Source: Guillardia theta CCMP2712 (Eukaryota; Protista; Cryptophyta). Taken from it: a stretch of 64,000 nt of DNA. Under the pieces are notes generated by a model. It saw nothing but the letters and a program-made list of their open reading frames with translations. It made no database searches and was not told the DNA's origin. This document shows, piece after piece, positions 24,702 to 35,853 of this stretch; the first letter of the stretch is position 1, and each line of letters begins with the position of its first letter. The stretch lies in contig NW_005434591.1 of NCBI RefSeq assembly GCF_000315625.1, positions 245,895 through 309,894 on the forward strand, written 5' to 3'. The position numbers and the translations under genes were made by a program.

Positions 24702-26034
24702 TCAGTCTCGGTATCTCCTTTCGCCATAGTCATTAGAGAATCGATTTGAACTCGACGCTTCCGACATCCCATAAGAGTTCCGCGCCCGGTCGCGCTCGTA
24801 GCTCCTCCTAAATCCTCGTCCTCGTCCTCTCCCTCCCCTCCCCCTCCCTCCGCGGCTCAGGTTGTCTGTCCTGCTCATCAGCTCTTCGCCGCAGCAAATC
24901 CTCTCGTGTCTCTCCAGCCATTTCTGGTACACGAACGATCTCCCGCAGCGCTGGCACTTGAACGTCGGCTTGTCGAAAGCTCCTCGGCCCGTCGAGAACG
25001 CTGCGAGTACATCGAGACTGCAAGGCGTCTCGTGCTTTCCCTCCTGCCCGTCTTCGTCCCAGCTCCGGCTCCTCTTGGAGCTCGCAAGGGGCTCCTCCTT
25101 CCTCCTCCTCTCCTGCATTCGATGAGGTCCATCATGCTCAGTTACGGGCTCGTCGCAGTGAACGCTGAAGTGATCGTAAATCTCGGGAAAGCTCATCATT
25201 CCGTCGTCGTGATCCTGCTGCAGCCTGTCTGCTGTCCCGTGACTGCTCAGAGCAGCATGCCCGTCATGCAGGTTGTGCATGGAGTGACTCTCGTGTCCAT
25301 TCCCCACATCATCGCTGTCCTTGCGCCAGCTTTTCATCATCTGGCTCATAAAGTTGGGGTCGCCCCCAGCACCTCCGCTGCTCCTCCTCCTGTCGAACGG
25401 CTGTGGATGATGCTCATCAGTCGGCGACAAGTTGCGATGCATGCCAGGCCCTCCGCCCCGGGGGTGTGCGGAGGGCTGAGAGGACGCGGATCTCTGACCG
25501 GACGAGCTTGTACGGGAGCCTTTGGATCGCCGAGAGTGTTTGTGATGTCCTCGGGGCGGCTGCACATCATCACAGTGGTTTCCGTTCTCAAGGTGCTTGG
25601 CTTCAGCCTCCTTCTGCCTTTGAAGCTTCTTCTTCAAGGCGAACAAGAAGGCCTTGACATTGATCTTGTGCTGAATGAAATGATCGACATGCTCATCGTG
25701 GCTCTTCCTGGCGTTGAGCAGGGAGCTTGTTTCTGCCTGATTCAGAGTCTTGTCGATCAAACTCTCTGCCACGGGATCCACATGCCCAGGAATCATCCAC
25801 TGCAACACAAACTTCTCCTCCTGTGAAGCTCGTTTGACTATAAGGAAGAACCTGAATGTTCAAATCAGTGTCATGTGTCAACCATGTGCCAGCAGCTCAC
25901 CCAGGAGGCAGCACAGGCTCTTGGCTGTGGATATCAAGAGTCTCTGTAGCGCATACACACTGAGCATGTCCACACATCTTGATACTTGCCTTGGATTCGT
26001 CGTCCATCCCTGGTTGCCATAGTATCGCTTCCAT
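24702..26034 (-). CDS. Single C2H2/C2HC zinc-finger protein with an RGG tail
   Basis: FKCQRCGRSFVYQKWLERHERIC followed by RGGRGRGGRGRGRG. The upstream exon from ATG 26034 (MEAILWQPG...) joins in frame through a 49-nt intron at 25852-25900. Confidence 0.75.
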
Positions 26035-27006
26035 CGCGATTGTTGTATTACGTCAGCTTATATTATCCCATGCCGCCAAACAGCCCAACGCCGTGAAAGT
26101 GCTCGGTCATATCAGACAAAGGAGATCCATCTCTCTGCTGCTGAAGACAGCAATGATCCTCAAGTCCTATTGGACCTGTAACAATGAGCTCAAATCATGG
26201 TTGGAAATCTAGTCAGTGAGTGCTTGCAAAAACAGTCAACAACTCGCTCATCTGGATTGAATGTCCTTTGATACTCACGACAAACAGTGAGATAGAAATG
26301 AACCATGTGTGAATTCAACACAAGATCTGCAAAATCCTACATCTAACTCCTTGCTCGCCCCCCTTCGCCTCTGCTCAAGTCCAGTAGAATCTTTAAAGCA
26401 CGAAGCCTTCGCCTCCTGCTCCAACCCAGACCAACACAGCTTCTTTTCTCACACCAGATGTCTTACAATCTGTTCTCTTGCTCCTATCTCTGCTAGTCCT
26501 GCCTTTATTTGCCCCACATCTTCCTCCTCTCCCCTCTTCCTCCCCTCCGCCTTCCCCGCCATTTTTTCCATCTCCCTGCATCAACCCACCCCCGCCCTTC
26601 ATCGAGAAACGTGGGGTGTTCAAGGGGTCCATAGAGCTCCCAGTAGGATAATTTACTCAAGTTATGTAAATTCCAGCCTGCCTCAGCCGCTCAGGCTGCC
26701 ATCCCTTGCAGTGCGGTCACAATCCGGCCGGGGCCGCACGGATGATCGGCGCCGCCCTGACCGTGACTGGCCGGGCAGGCCCAGCAGCGTGGCCCGGCCC
26801 GCCCGGGCGGCGGCCGGGCGTCCAGTTCCGATCAGATTAGAAATTGATTAACGCATCCGGTCCAGGATCTTTCGGGATGAGTCAAGGAGGGTTCCGGTTT
26901 GGTTGAAGTTTGGTTGAACTTGTGGGTCTCGCCGTCTTTTCTTTCCGAGTTCAGTTCCCGCCGTATGACCCAATGTCAGGATCAAGCCAGCAGGCTCTAA
27001 GTTCAC

Positions 27007-27181
27007 CTGATTGTGCTCGTACAGTGATTTTTTAACTTAACTTTGAGTAAAGAAGACCGTACTCCGGCCCGGGAGGCCACTGTGCGCGCGGAAGCACTTC
27101 CGCAGCGGCGGCTGAGAGTCGACCGTCAGTGGTACTACTTTTACTCAAAGTTAAGTTAAACATCAGTACGAGGGCAATCAG
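27007..27181. repeat. MITE-like element: about 42-bp imperfect inverted repeats with a perfect 21-bp core around an 88-bp GC-rich spacer
   Basis: TTTAACTTAACTTTGAGTAAA (27031-27051) is the exact reverse complement of TTTACTCAAAGTTAAGTTAAA (27140-27160). The outer parts CTGATTG..CTCGTAC / GTACGAG..CAATCAG also pair. Confidence 0.85.
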
Positions 27182-27647
27182 TACCAGTAGGCCCGGTACA
27201 CTAGGATAGCCGGCCGGGTCACCGTAGGCCCCGAGGCCCCGTGACTGCACGCATGCCCCCGCGAAAAATGCTTCGGTCATCAAACCAGGCCAGATGCTGC
27301 TGCAGGATAGGAGGATGAGAGGAGAGGAGGGGGAGGGAGGAGGAGGACCGTAAAGAGAAACCCTGTGACCATGGTTGACGAGAAGGAGGGTGGGAGAAAG
27401 TAAGACCGAGGAGACTGACTCTCGAGACGTTGGGTGTGCAACAAAGCATGCCGAGCCGTATGGTCACAATGAGGAGATGAAGGTGGATGGATGATCTTGT
27501 ACATGGTCATATCAGACGGAGAGAGAAAGAATCTTGTGGGTGCAGAAGCATCGTGATGCTTGTTGGAGGAGGTTGAGAGTGAGAATGGGACAGCGCTGTT
27601 TCGCAGTCCATTTCTGTCATGGCTGACTTGCTTGCAGGGTTGCAACC

Positions 27648-28871
27648 ATGAATGGTCCTAGTTTGTCGCTGCCACTTTCTGTCTCCACACCGAGGAAGCA
27701 GCATCAATCCCTCAAGGCGATGAGGAGTGCGGTGAAGGATATGCAGGCCAGGCTCTCTGCTCCAAGACTCAACTACTCGTGGAACGAGGACGGAAATCCG
27801 CTGCAAGCATCGGCAGGCTGGAGGAGGAGGACGATAGGAACAGTCCCCAAGAGCGGCGGAGAGGGTGAGTGGGACGAAGTGGATGAGACGGAGTACCGAA
27901 GAGGAAAGATCAGAGAAACGATCAGAAGGGACTGGGACGATGAATCGCCTTCCCCTCCTCGCTCAAATGTCTTTCATCGCAAACGGTTCCTGCATCCTCG
28001 AAGTTGTGGTGTTGAGCAGCTGGCACTGGAACACTCCATGCTCGGGGACGGCAACGGCTGTTCTCCTCTCCAGGGTCTTGGCGATGCTCGTGAACTTGAA
28101 CTCGAAGCTGTTGCGGGGACAACAGCAGCAGCCATCCTGAGAGAGTGCGAGCACTTGTTTGGTCTCATCGACGAGATGAAGCTCGACATCGATGCATCGA
28201 AGGAGCAAGAGCGCAAGAGCTTCGGGCACAGGGCGACACAGACAAGTGAAGTTGAAAGAGAGGAGGTCAGAAGTGAGGAGGTTGCAGTTCAAGAGCAGGA
28301 CAAGATCTTAGGTGACATGCAGGAGATGCGGGAGGCATACGAGCAGTTGCATGTCCTGCTCGAGCACCACGAGGAGCAGCTGATGGAGCTTCAGCATGCC
28401 CAACACAACTTCCTCAACCAAATCGCCCAGCTGCAGCAGCAAGCTGAGAGCGACAAGTCACGGTTGCTGCACGCGCAGGAGGCGATGAAGGTGCTGCTGA
28501 TGCTGGTGGACGAGACGTGCGAGGAGGGGCTGGCGATCTCTAAGAGTTTGCACATGGATGAACGAGCCGACCTGCAGCCTCCCGCCCTCCTCCTCTGCTC
28601 CACCGTGGAGGCCGCGCTGACAGTGTTGAGAGACATGACGGAGGAGCAAGAGGAGCTGGAGCTGACGGCCTCGCGGGGACTGGAGATGATCTCGTTTGCG
28701 CGGAGGATACACGCCCAGCGGCTGCAGGTGCTCTCGCGCATGTTCTGCTCCTGGCTGGCAGAGACGAGGCGGGCTCATGCTCGTCGGCTGCCGTTTGAGC
28801 GGCTGATCAGACTGCCGGACATCGAGATCATTCACACAGGTGCAGGACGTGACAACCAGGACGGCAGCTGA
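27648..28871 (+). CDS. Uncharacterised coiled-coil protein, 407 aa
   Basis: Long ORF with coding-like codon use and a heptad-rich E/Q/L C-terminal half. No family recognised. Confidence 0.65.
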   Translation: MNGPSLSLPLSVSTPRKQHQSLKAMRSAVKDMQARLSAPRLNYSWNEDGNPLQASAGWRRRTIGTVPKSGGEGEWDEVDETEYRRGKIRETIRRDWDDESPSPPRSNVFHRKRFLHPRSCGVEQLALEHSMLGDGNGCSPLQGLGDARELELEAVAGTTAAAILRECEHLFGLIDEMKLDIDASKEQERKSFGHRATQTSEVEREEVRSEEVAVQEQDKILGDMQEMREAYEQLHVLLEHHEEQLMELQHAQHNFLNQIAQLQQQAESDKSRLLHAQEAMKVLLMLVDETCEEGLAISKSLHMDERADLQPPALLLCSTVEAALTVLRDMTEEQEELELTASRGLEMISFARRIHAQRLQVLSRMFCSWLAETRRAHARRLPFERLIRLPDIEIIHTGAGRDNQDGS

Positions 28872-29000
28872 CCGTAACGAGTCAATCGAGCTTATCCCTC
28901 ACTTTCATTCCATTGTTTATCCCATCCTTACTCCAACTACGACAGACAGACGGGCTAACGGCCGATGTCAAACTCGTTGCTCCTCTGGTCCTTGATGAGC

Positions 29001-31002
29001 TCACGATGCGCCTGGAAGAGAGTCACAGGCAGCACGGAAAGGAGAGCATAGCTCCTGACCTCCCTCCGTCGAGACATCCATCGCATCTACACGCGCGTCA
29101 AGCATCTTACAGTCAACGTTATCGGGGTACCTGGAGCTTCTGCTGGAGGGTCTGATGGAGCCTCTGCCGGAGCCTGTGCTGGAGCGTCTGCTGGAGGAGC
29201 TTCTGCCGGAGCTTCTGCCGGAGGAGCATCGGCTTGAGGGGCTTCTGCCGAGTCATTTGCTGCCGCTCCCGCAAGTTCCTGAGGTTCTTTAGGCTCGGCA
29301 GCAAGAGCTGCAGTCACATTCGTCGCTTCCGGCTGCGGGGGTTTCCTTACAAACATGGCATCAGCATTGAAATGATACCTGAACTGCATTCCGATCTAAA
29401 CTCTTGAGTTTCTTCAAGAGTGTAGCTGTTGACATGAGTAAGAGAAAAAGGTGTGGTTTTCCCATCAAACTACTTCACCTGTCTTTCGACGTTTGACTTG
29501 TTCGAGCCGTTGATTCTCTTCTTCACACTTTCAACATGTCAAGCTTTGCTCAGTCATCGGGCAAGGGGACACCTTCTCCTTAGCTGATCGTTTATCCTTT
29601 GCCTCGTCGGAGTCTTTGCTTGCCTGCTCCTTCTCCTTCTCCCCTGATGGAGCTGCTTCTGTGTCTGTCGCTGCTGCAGTTGAATTCACCGACGATGATC
29701 CAGCAGCAGAAGCAGCAGCTACTGCTGCAGGTGTGGGCGTTCTAGCAGGGGGCTGCGCAGCTGAGTAGAACACAGTGAGCTTGGGAGCAGAGAGAGGACG
29801 ACACGACGACTCACTGTCCTTCTTCGCGTACTGCCAGCAACAACCGTCAGTCTCATGTTACACAACCCAACAAGTCATCACTCACCGCGCTTGCGTTTGC
29901 AAGAATCTGAGCTTTGGTCTACACGGCGCCCACGTCAGAAACAAATACACTTGGCATGATTGAGGTTCCAACCTGACTTGCCTTCTGAAGAGATTCTCCC
30001 GCATCCTTCAGCTGCTTGGAGGCATTGGAAATAAGAGCTTGAGCTTTCATTCGACATTCCCTTCAAGTTCGAGCGAGTCAGGAAAGATTTCTCAAAGTTC
30101 GAACTCTCAATGTACTTGAGCTGTTTCGCTTCTTCCCGACGTTTTTCTACCTAAGAAAACTCTCTTACGATGCTAACACATCCCATGAGAAAGGTACCTG
30201 AGCGCGCAGTGTTGTGATCAACGCCTGTCTTGCCTGATATGGCCGAAATCGGGAGAGGGTGAGATGCATCGCTCCGATGATGCTTTCAATCTTTCCTCGC
30301 TGCGAGAACAAACAGGAGGATGAAATCTTAGCTTGTCATCAGCCCCAGCACACACTCAGTTTACCTGCTCGTCTATCTCTCGAATTTTCTTCTGATCTTC
30401 TTCAGAGCGGCAGAGCGTTGGGCGTTCTGCATGCAAACTGATCAGCCATGTCCCAAAGGACTCGGAGTAACTCTCACCGATCATGAGCTTCAAAAGGTTC
30501 AAATATTCGTCTGCAATAGAGAGCAGTCAATAAAGTCAAGATACCACCAAGGAAGACAGCAAGCTGCAAGTCTGCGGCCAAAACACAGCAAGGCAATAGC
30601 GAGGGTTCACTATCAACCTGGAAGTGCCCTATTCAACAGCCTCATGATGGCAATCGGCGACTGCGATTCGCTGTCTGAGATGCCCAGCTCCAACCCCTGC
30701 CATCAAGTCACATGTACTAGCACGGCGATGGCGAGAGACCTTCTCGGCAAGAGCAGCATGGGGCTGTTGTGGCGCGAAAGAAGTATCGTACAAGGTTCCG
30801 AACATGACGTAAGGCCCTGGCAGCTAGCGTCAGTTGAACCTCTCCCTTGAGGACCCCCAGAAGGGTCCAGCCAAGGTGGTCCACCTTCTATGGGCGGAGG
30901 AGGCGCGGGGCATTGAAACTCCTTGTTCGAATGAGGCTCGAACTCCTCGTAAAACTTGGGAGGAGGAGGAAAAGGAGCAACGGCAGCGTTTGTTTGCGAC
31001 AT
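29001..31002 (-). CDS. MED7: Mediator complex subunit 7 with a long Ala/Pro/Glu-rich C-terminal extension (multi-exon)
   Basis: N-terminus MSQTNAAVAPFPPPPKFYEEF..APPPP and internal KIESIIGAMH..SRFRPYQARQALITTLRAQ (about 30200-30300) match MED7. The 3' exons splice to a TGA at 29001-29003 (3' end less certain). Confidence 0.8.
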
Positions 31003-31569
31003 GGCCCGCAATCAAGAGGTCTCGACGAGCACAGCCCCGATGTCGTCCCACTGAAAAGTTTCCAGTTTCCCCCGATCGATCAAGAGCGCAACGTGAAACC
31101 TGCAGGTTGAACTCATCAGCTGATTCCAGGAAACGCTTGTTCTTCGCTGGTCCACACGCTCCCTTTCTGCCTACGACGTCTGTAATGAAAGGAAAGAAAT
31201 GTCCTTGATCGCTTTTCCAACTATCTGACCATCAATGACACCGCATGATGGAATACACCGGCACTTCAGTATCTTCCTTTGTCGCTATCTGCTGCCTTAA
31301 ACATACGAGCAGAACTGATGCTGATGTACAAGGATTGTTAAACTCTACATTCATACCCGCTGACCTCAATACCCTGAATCCCCACATGAAACAACCCGTC
31401 ATGTCTTCTCTCATGTGACATCAACACCTGACGTGTTCTTTCTACTTCTGATCCTGCTGCTCCTCGTCATTCTTCCCATCCTTCTTCTCGTCCTCGACCT
31501 CGACCTCCTCCTGCTCCTTCCCGCAGAAGCTTTGAAGGGCAGCATTTGCAGGACTTGTGGGTATGAGCG

Positions 31570-31840
31570 GGGATGCGGTCACTGCTTTTGTCAGGCAGGG
31601 TGGGTGAGAGTAACGTGCAGGGTGGGGGTGAAGGTTCAGGTAAAAAAGGGTGGTAGGGTGTATGATTCATTTCATAGGTAGGGTACAAAGTATGAATTGG
31701 TAGGGTAATTTGCACATATTTCACCCGGTGGGTAAATTATTTTGGTGGGGTGAAATTCGATGATGGAGGTCATCATTCAGGTGGTAGGGGTCAATAAGCA
31801 GGGGGTGGGGTATTGATAGGGGGTAGGGTAGGGGTAGAAC
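31570..31840. promoter_or_regulatory. GGGGTA/TACCCC-rich putative bidirectional promoter (MED7/SF3A1)
   Basis: Dense GGGGT/GGGTA words directly upstream of the SF3A1 ATG. The same clusters recur upstream of most genes in the window. Confidence 0.55.
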
Positions 31841-31859
31841 CACGAGCCGCGGCAGCAGA

Positions 31860-34171
31860 ATGCCGGACGCGAGCATGGGCGGTATGGCGGGAGAAGGAGG
31901 AGGAGGAGATACAGGACCAGAATCCTCCATCAAGACGATCGGGATCATTGTTCCTCCTCCTGACATGAAGAGCATCGTCGACAAGACAGCTTCTTTCGTC
32001 GCCAAGAACGGTCCCCAGTTCGAGCAGAGGATCTTGAACAATGAGCGCAATACCACCAAGTTTGCCTTCCTTCAGTCGACGTCTCCTTACTATCCCTACT
32101 ATCAGAAGAAGCTCGCAGAAGCGCGAGAGTCCTCGGGCCCAGCCGCACCAGAAGTGGCTTCGTCGAAGCCGGAGGACAATCAGGCGGAAGGTGCTGGAGA
32201 CAAGAAGGAAGTTTCCGTGACCATTGAGGCCAAGGCCACCATAGAGAAGAAGCAGAAACGGCCTCTCAAGGAGCCTCCTCCTGATGCTTACACCGTGAAA
32301 CCTCCTGACGGTTTGACCATCCCAAGTCTTGACCTTGACATTATCAAGCTCACGGCCCAGTACGTTGCGCTGAATGGCCGCTCGTTCTTGAATGGCCTGC
32401 TGACGCGAGAGAGCAGAAACCCGCAGTTTGACTTCTTGAAGGGGCATCACTACTTGTTCTCTTACTTCACGGGGCTGGTGGAGGCCTACACCAAGGTCGT
32501 GAACCCGCCGGAGGGAATCATCGAGAAGCTGGAAAAGGACGCTGAAGACCATGTGGACGTGCTTGAGCGAGCATTCCAGAAGCTAGACTGGGAGGCCCAC
32601 GTGGAGAAGCAGAGGCAGATGACTGAAGACCAGGCGAAGAGAGAGCGAGAGATCGCGGCGACAATCGACTGGCATGACTTCAAGGTGGTTGAAATGATTG
32701 ATTTCAAGGACAGCGAAGACGCCGACCTCCCCCCTCCTCTCTCCGAATCCGAACTGAGGGCACTCCGCCTGCGGGCCCACACAGCAATCGAGCCTGTGAA
32801 GGAGAAGGTGGTGGAGGAGCAGGCGGACATGGAGATGGATGAAGGAGGAGACATGGACATGGAGGAAGACACCTCAGTTGCTCAACCTCCGCCAGAAGAG
32901 AAACCAGAACAAGAAATCCTTCAACAAGACCTGGATGGACCAATGAAGATCGTGAAGAACTACTCCAAGCCAGCGCCGTCTGCGGATGGAGGAAAGGGCT
33001 CTTCTGCCTACATGATCTCTCCCATCACAGGCCAACAAGTGCCGGTTGCACAAATGGCGGAGCATATGCGTATCGCCTTGTTGGATCCCAAGTGGAAGGA
33101 GAAGAGTGGTATCGTCAAGCCTGGAGAGAAGGAAGACACCCTCGCTGCTCACGTGGAGGTTGGGCAGAGTTTGGCAAAGATGGCAGCTAAGCGTAAGGAC
33201 ATCTTCGGAACAGACGAGGAGGTGTTTGGAGACTCGAAGAAGAAGGGCGACGGCAAGGTAAATTTCTCCCCTCCTCATCCTCCTTGTTTGATGGGCTTTC
33301 TGTGCAGGGAGATGGAGCAGCTCAAAACCAAGCCAAACAGCAGGCAGCTGCTAGAGCAGCGATGGAGGCGCAGCAACTCATGCAGCAGAGACAAGAGGCG
33401 GAGAAGAATGTCGCAGACATCATTAAGCGTGCGGAAGAGAAGGTTGCCGGCGCTATCGGAGCTGCGCCCCCAAGGCCAGACATGTCGCAGGCCAGCCAAG
33501 CTCCTCCTCCGCCTCCGGTGTCCTCGATGCCACCGCAGCAACCTCCTCCTCCTCCTCAACATGCACCTCCCATGCACGCTATGCCTCACGGCGGTCCTCC
33601 TCCAGGCATGCCTGGACCGGGAGGAATGATGCCTGGGCCGGGAGGGATGATGATGATGCGACCAGGAGGCCCTCCAGTTCCTGGCCCACCAGGTGGCATG
33701 ATGTACGGGATGCAAGGGATGCCGCCCGGTATGCCGCCCGGTATGCCACCCGGTATGCCGCCCGGCATGATGGGGATGCCACCTGGAGCGCCGGGAATGA
33801 TGCCGGGAATGCCGGCTGAGTCAGATCCCAAGCGAGCCAAGGCTGAGGCAAACCTCTATCCGGAGCACACGTGGGCTGCCAACCACCCGAACCCGATCAC
33901 GGTCAAGGTGCTGGTTCCTAAGGAGGAGGTAAACTCCAAGTTCAACTTCAACGGTCAGACTGTCATGCTCAACAGCATCGCAACAAACTGCACCATCAAG
34001 GATCTCAAGGACAAACTCACCAGCTACCTGGGCGGGCTACCGGCGAACAAGATGAAGTTGAGCACTGTGAAGATCGGCGTGCTGAAGGACAACATGTCCA
34101 TCGCGTATTACAACTTCCTCGAGGGAGAGAACCTGATGGTCGGCATGAAGGAACGTGGAGGTCGCAAGTAG
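31860..34171 (+). CDS. SF3A1: Splicing factor 3A subunit 1 (Prp21)
   Basis: Two SURP modules (IVDKTASFVAKNGPQFE; IIKLTAQYVALNGRSF), IDWHDF, SPITGQ..HMRIALLDPKWKE, a Pro/Met/Gly-rich linker and a C-terminal ubiquitin-like domain ending KERGGRK. Intron 33258-33307. Confidence 0.95.
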
Positions 34172-34692
34172 AAGTACCAGGTTTGTGTGTTCAGCATCAG
34201 CTATTCGAGCTTGCAGGCTGCAATGGCTGGGGTTGGAGGGATTTTCTTGACCTTGCCAACACTCACCTTGCTATCACTCCTCTTACGTATTCTAGTCATC
34301 TTGCAAGGCCCTCTATTTCCTTTAGATCTGTAAATCGTCAATTGAACCCTTTACTCATTCTTCGAATGTCGCACGCCGATGCCACTGGACTCGATCACCG
34401 ATTAGTGACGGTACCAGGCTAGCATGCCGTAGCACCGGATCATTCCGGTGCGTGACGGCGATGCGCCCAACCGTGCCGTACCGTCTACGGTAGTACGGTA
34501 CCGCCGTACTGCCGTAGTGAGGCTTCCTAAACCGTGACGGTGACCGTGAGTTTGTCACTGATCATCAGGATCAGCAGCTCACCGTAGTGACGCCGGGCCC
34601 GGGTGGCGAAGTTCCCGGACTGGGACTCAGGCTCCGGGAAGCCTTCAGTTGCGGCCGGGCCCCGGGCCGACTACCCGGGCATACGGTACTCG

Positions 34693-34723
34693 GACCGTAC
34701 AGTGATCCGATCACTGTACGGTC
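34693..34723. repeat. Perfect 31-bp palindrome inside a GC-rich island
   Basis: GACCGTACAGTGATC-C-GATCACTGTACGGTC: 15-bp arms with a 1-nt centre. Confidence 0.95.
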
Positions 34724-35853
34724 ATGGCCCTGAGTCCTACGGAGCCTGTCACGGTCCGATCGGCGGCGCCAGGCCCGGGCCTCGGACTGAGGCCCGGCGG
34801 CCGCCCCGGGATGTGTACTTGAAAGCCTTGAAGTGTGTAGTCACTGACGTCAGTTGGTTGTTCGACTGTCGGGATCGCTCAGCCTCAACTTGTTCTCAAC
34901 TTCCGATATTTGAATTAAAACACTTTTATTTTGTTCCGTTGTCTTTTCAAAGTTTCCACGCCTATTACCCTACCACCCCTCTGAGATGACCCACCCCCAT
35001 GGTGTAGAAACCCCAGATCTATACGTATATCCTCACTTGAAGGGTAGGGGTGAAGGGTTATGGGACCCTACTGGAATACCGTTAGCAGAGCAAGGTGTGG
35101 AAGGGCAGCATGCAGAGCGAAGATTCGGAAGGGGGAGGGAGCATGGCAGGGCGACGGGGGAGGGAGAGGAGGAGCGAAGGATGTACAAGTAGAGGAAGGA
35201 GGTGTGAGAGAAGGAGGGAGGGAGGGAGGGAGGGAGCCGGGGAGGGAGGTGGGGAGAGAGAAAGAGATGGGACTCAAGCAGGATCGGGAGGGATGCGAGA
35301 GGAGGGATACAAAGAACTTGAGGAAGAATGTAGATGCGGGATAGAAGGCAAGGGAGGAGATAAGATAAGAAGAAGTTGCACAGCAGAGGACAGAGGATGG
35401 AACAGACGAGAACAAACGATGAGAAGGAAAGCGATGATGTACAAGAGATAGAATGAGATGTAGCGCTCTAGGAGGAAGTACAACTGTAGGGATCGGCATT
35501 CAAGCAGAAACAGTGAGAGAGGATGAGGATCTAGTAGGAAGCATACGGTCAGAAGGTTCTTACTGTTGGTCGATTGTCGAAGATGAGAACAACTCATGTA
35601 TTCTCCAATCGATACATAGGACGAAATAAATGGTGTAGAAACAAGGAGACAGTTCAAATCATTGAATGCTGGACGTGCTCTTGAACTGAGGGGGCTCGAT
35701 GATAGTCCTGTTGTCTTTCTCCCGTCCCTTGTCTCTCCAAAGTCTTTCTTGAGCCAAAGGTTAGAGAAAGAGGTCATGTACAATAAGTGCCATTGTAGGA
35801 CCTGTGACAGAAGTGACGATGAGAGACGCGAGGGCGCGTGGTGGCGACTCACG

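Noticed and set aside
31570-31840. GGGTA/GGGGT clusters as interstitial telomeric repeats
   Set aside because: They are not tandem fixed units, occur in both orientations and track gene starts.
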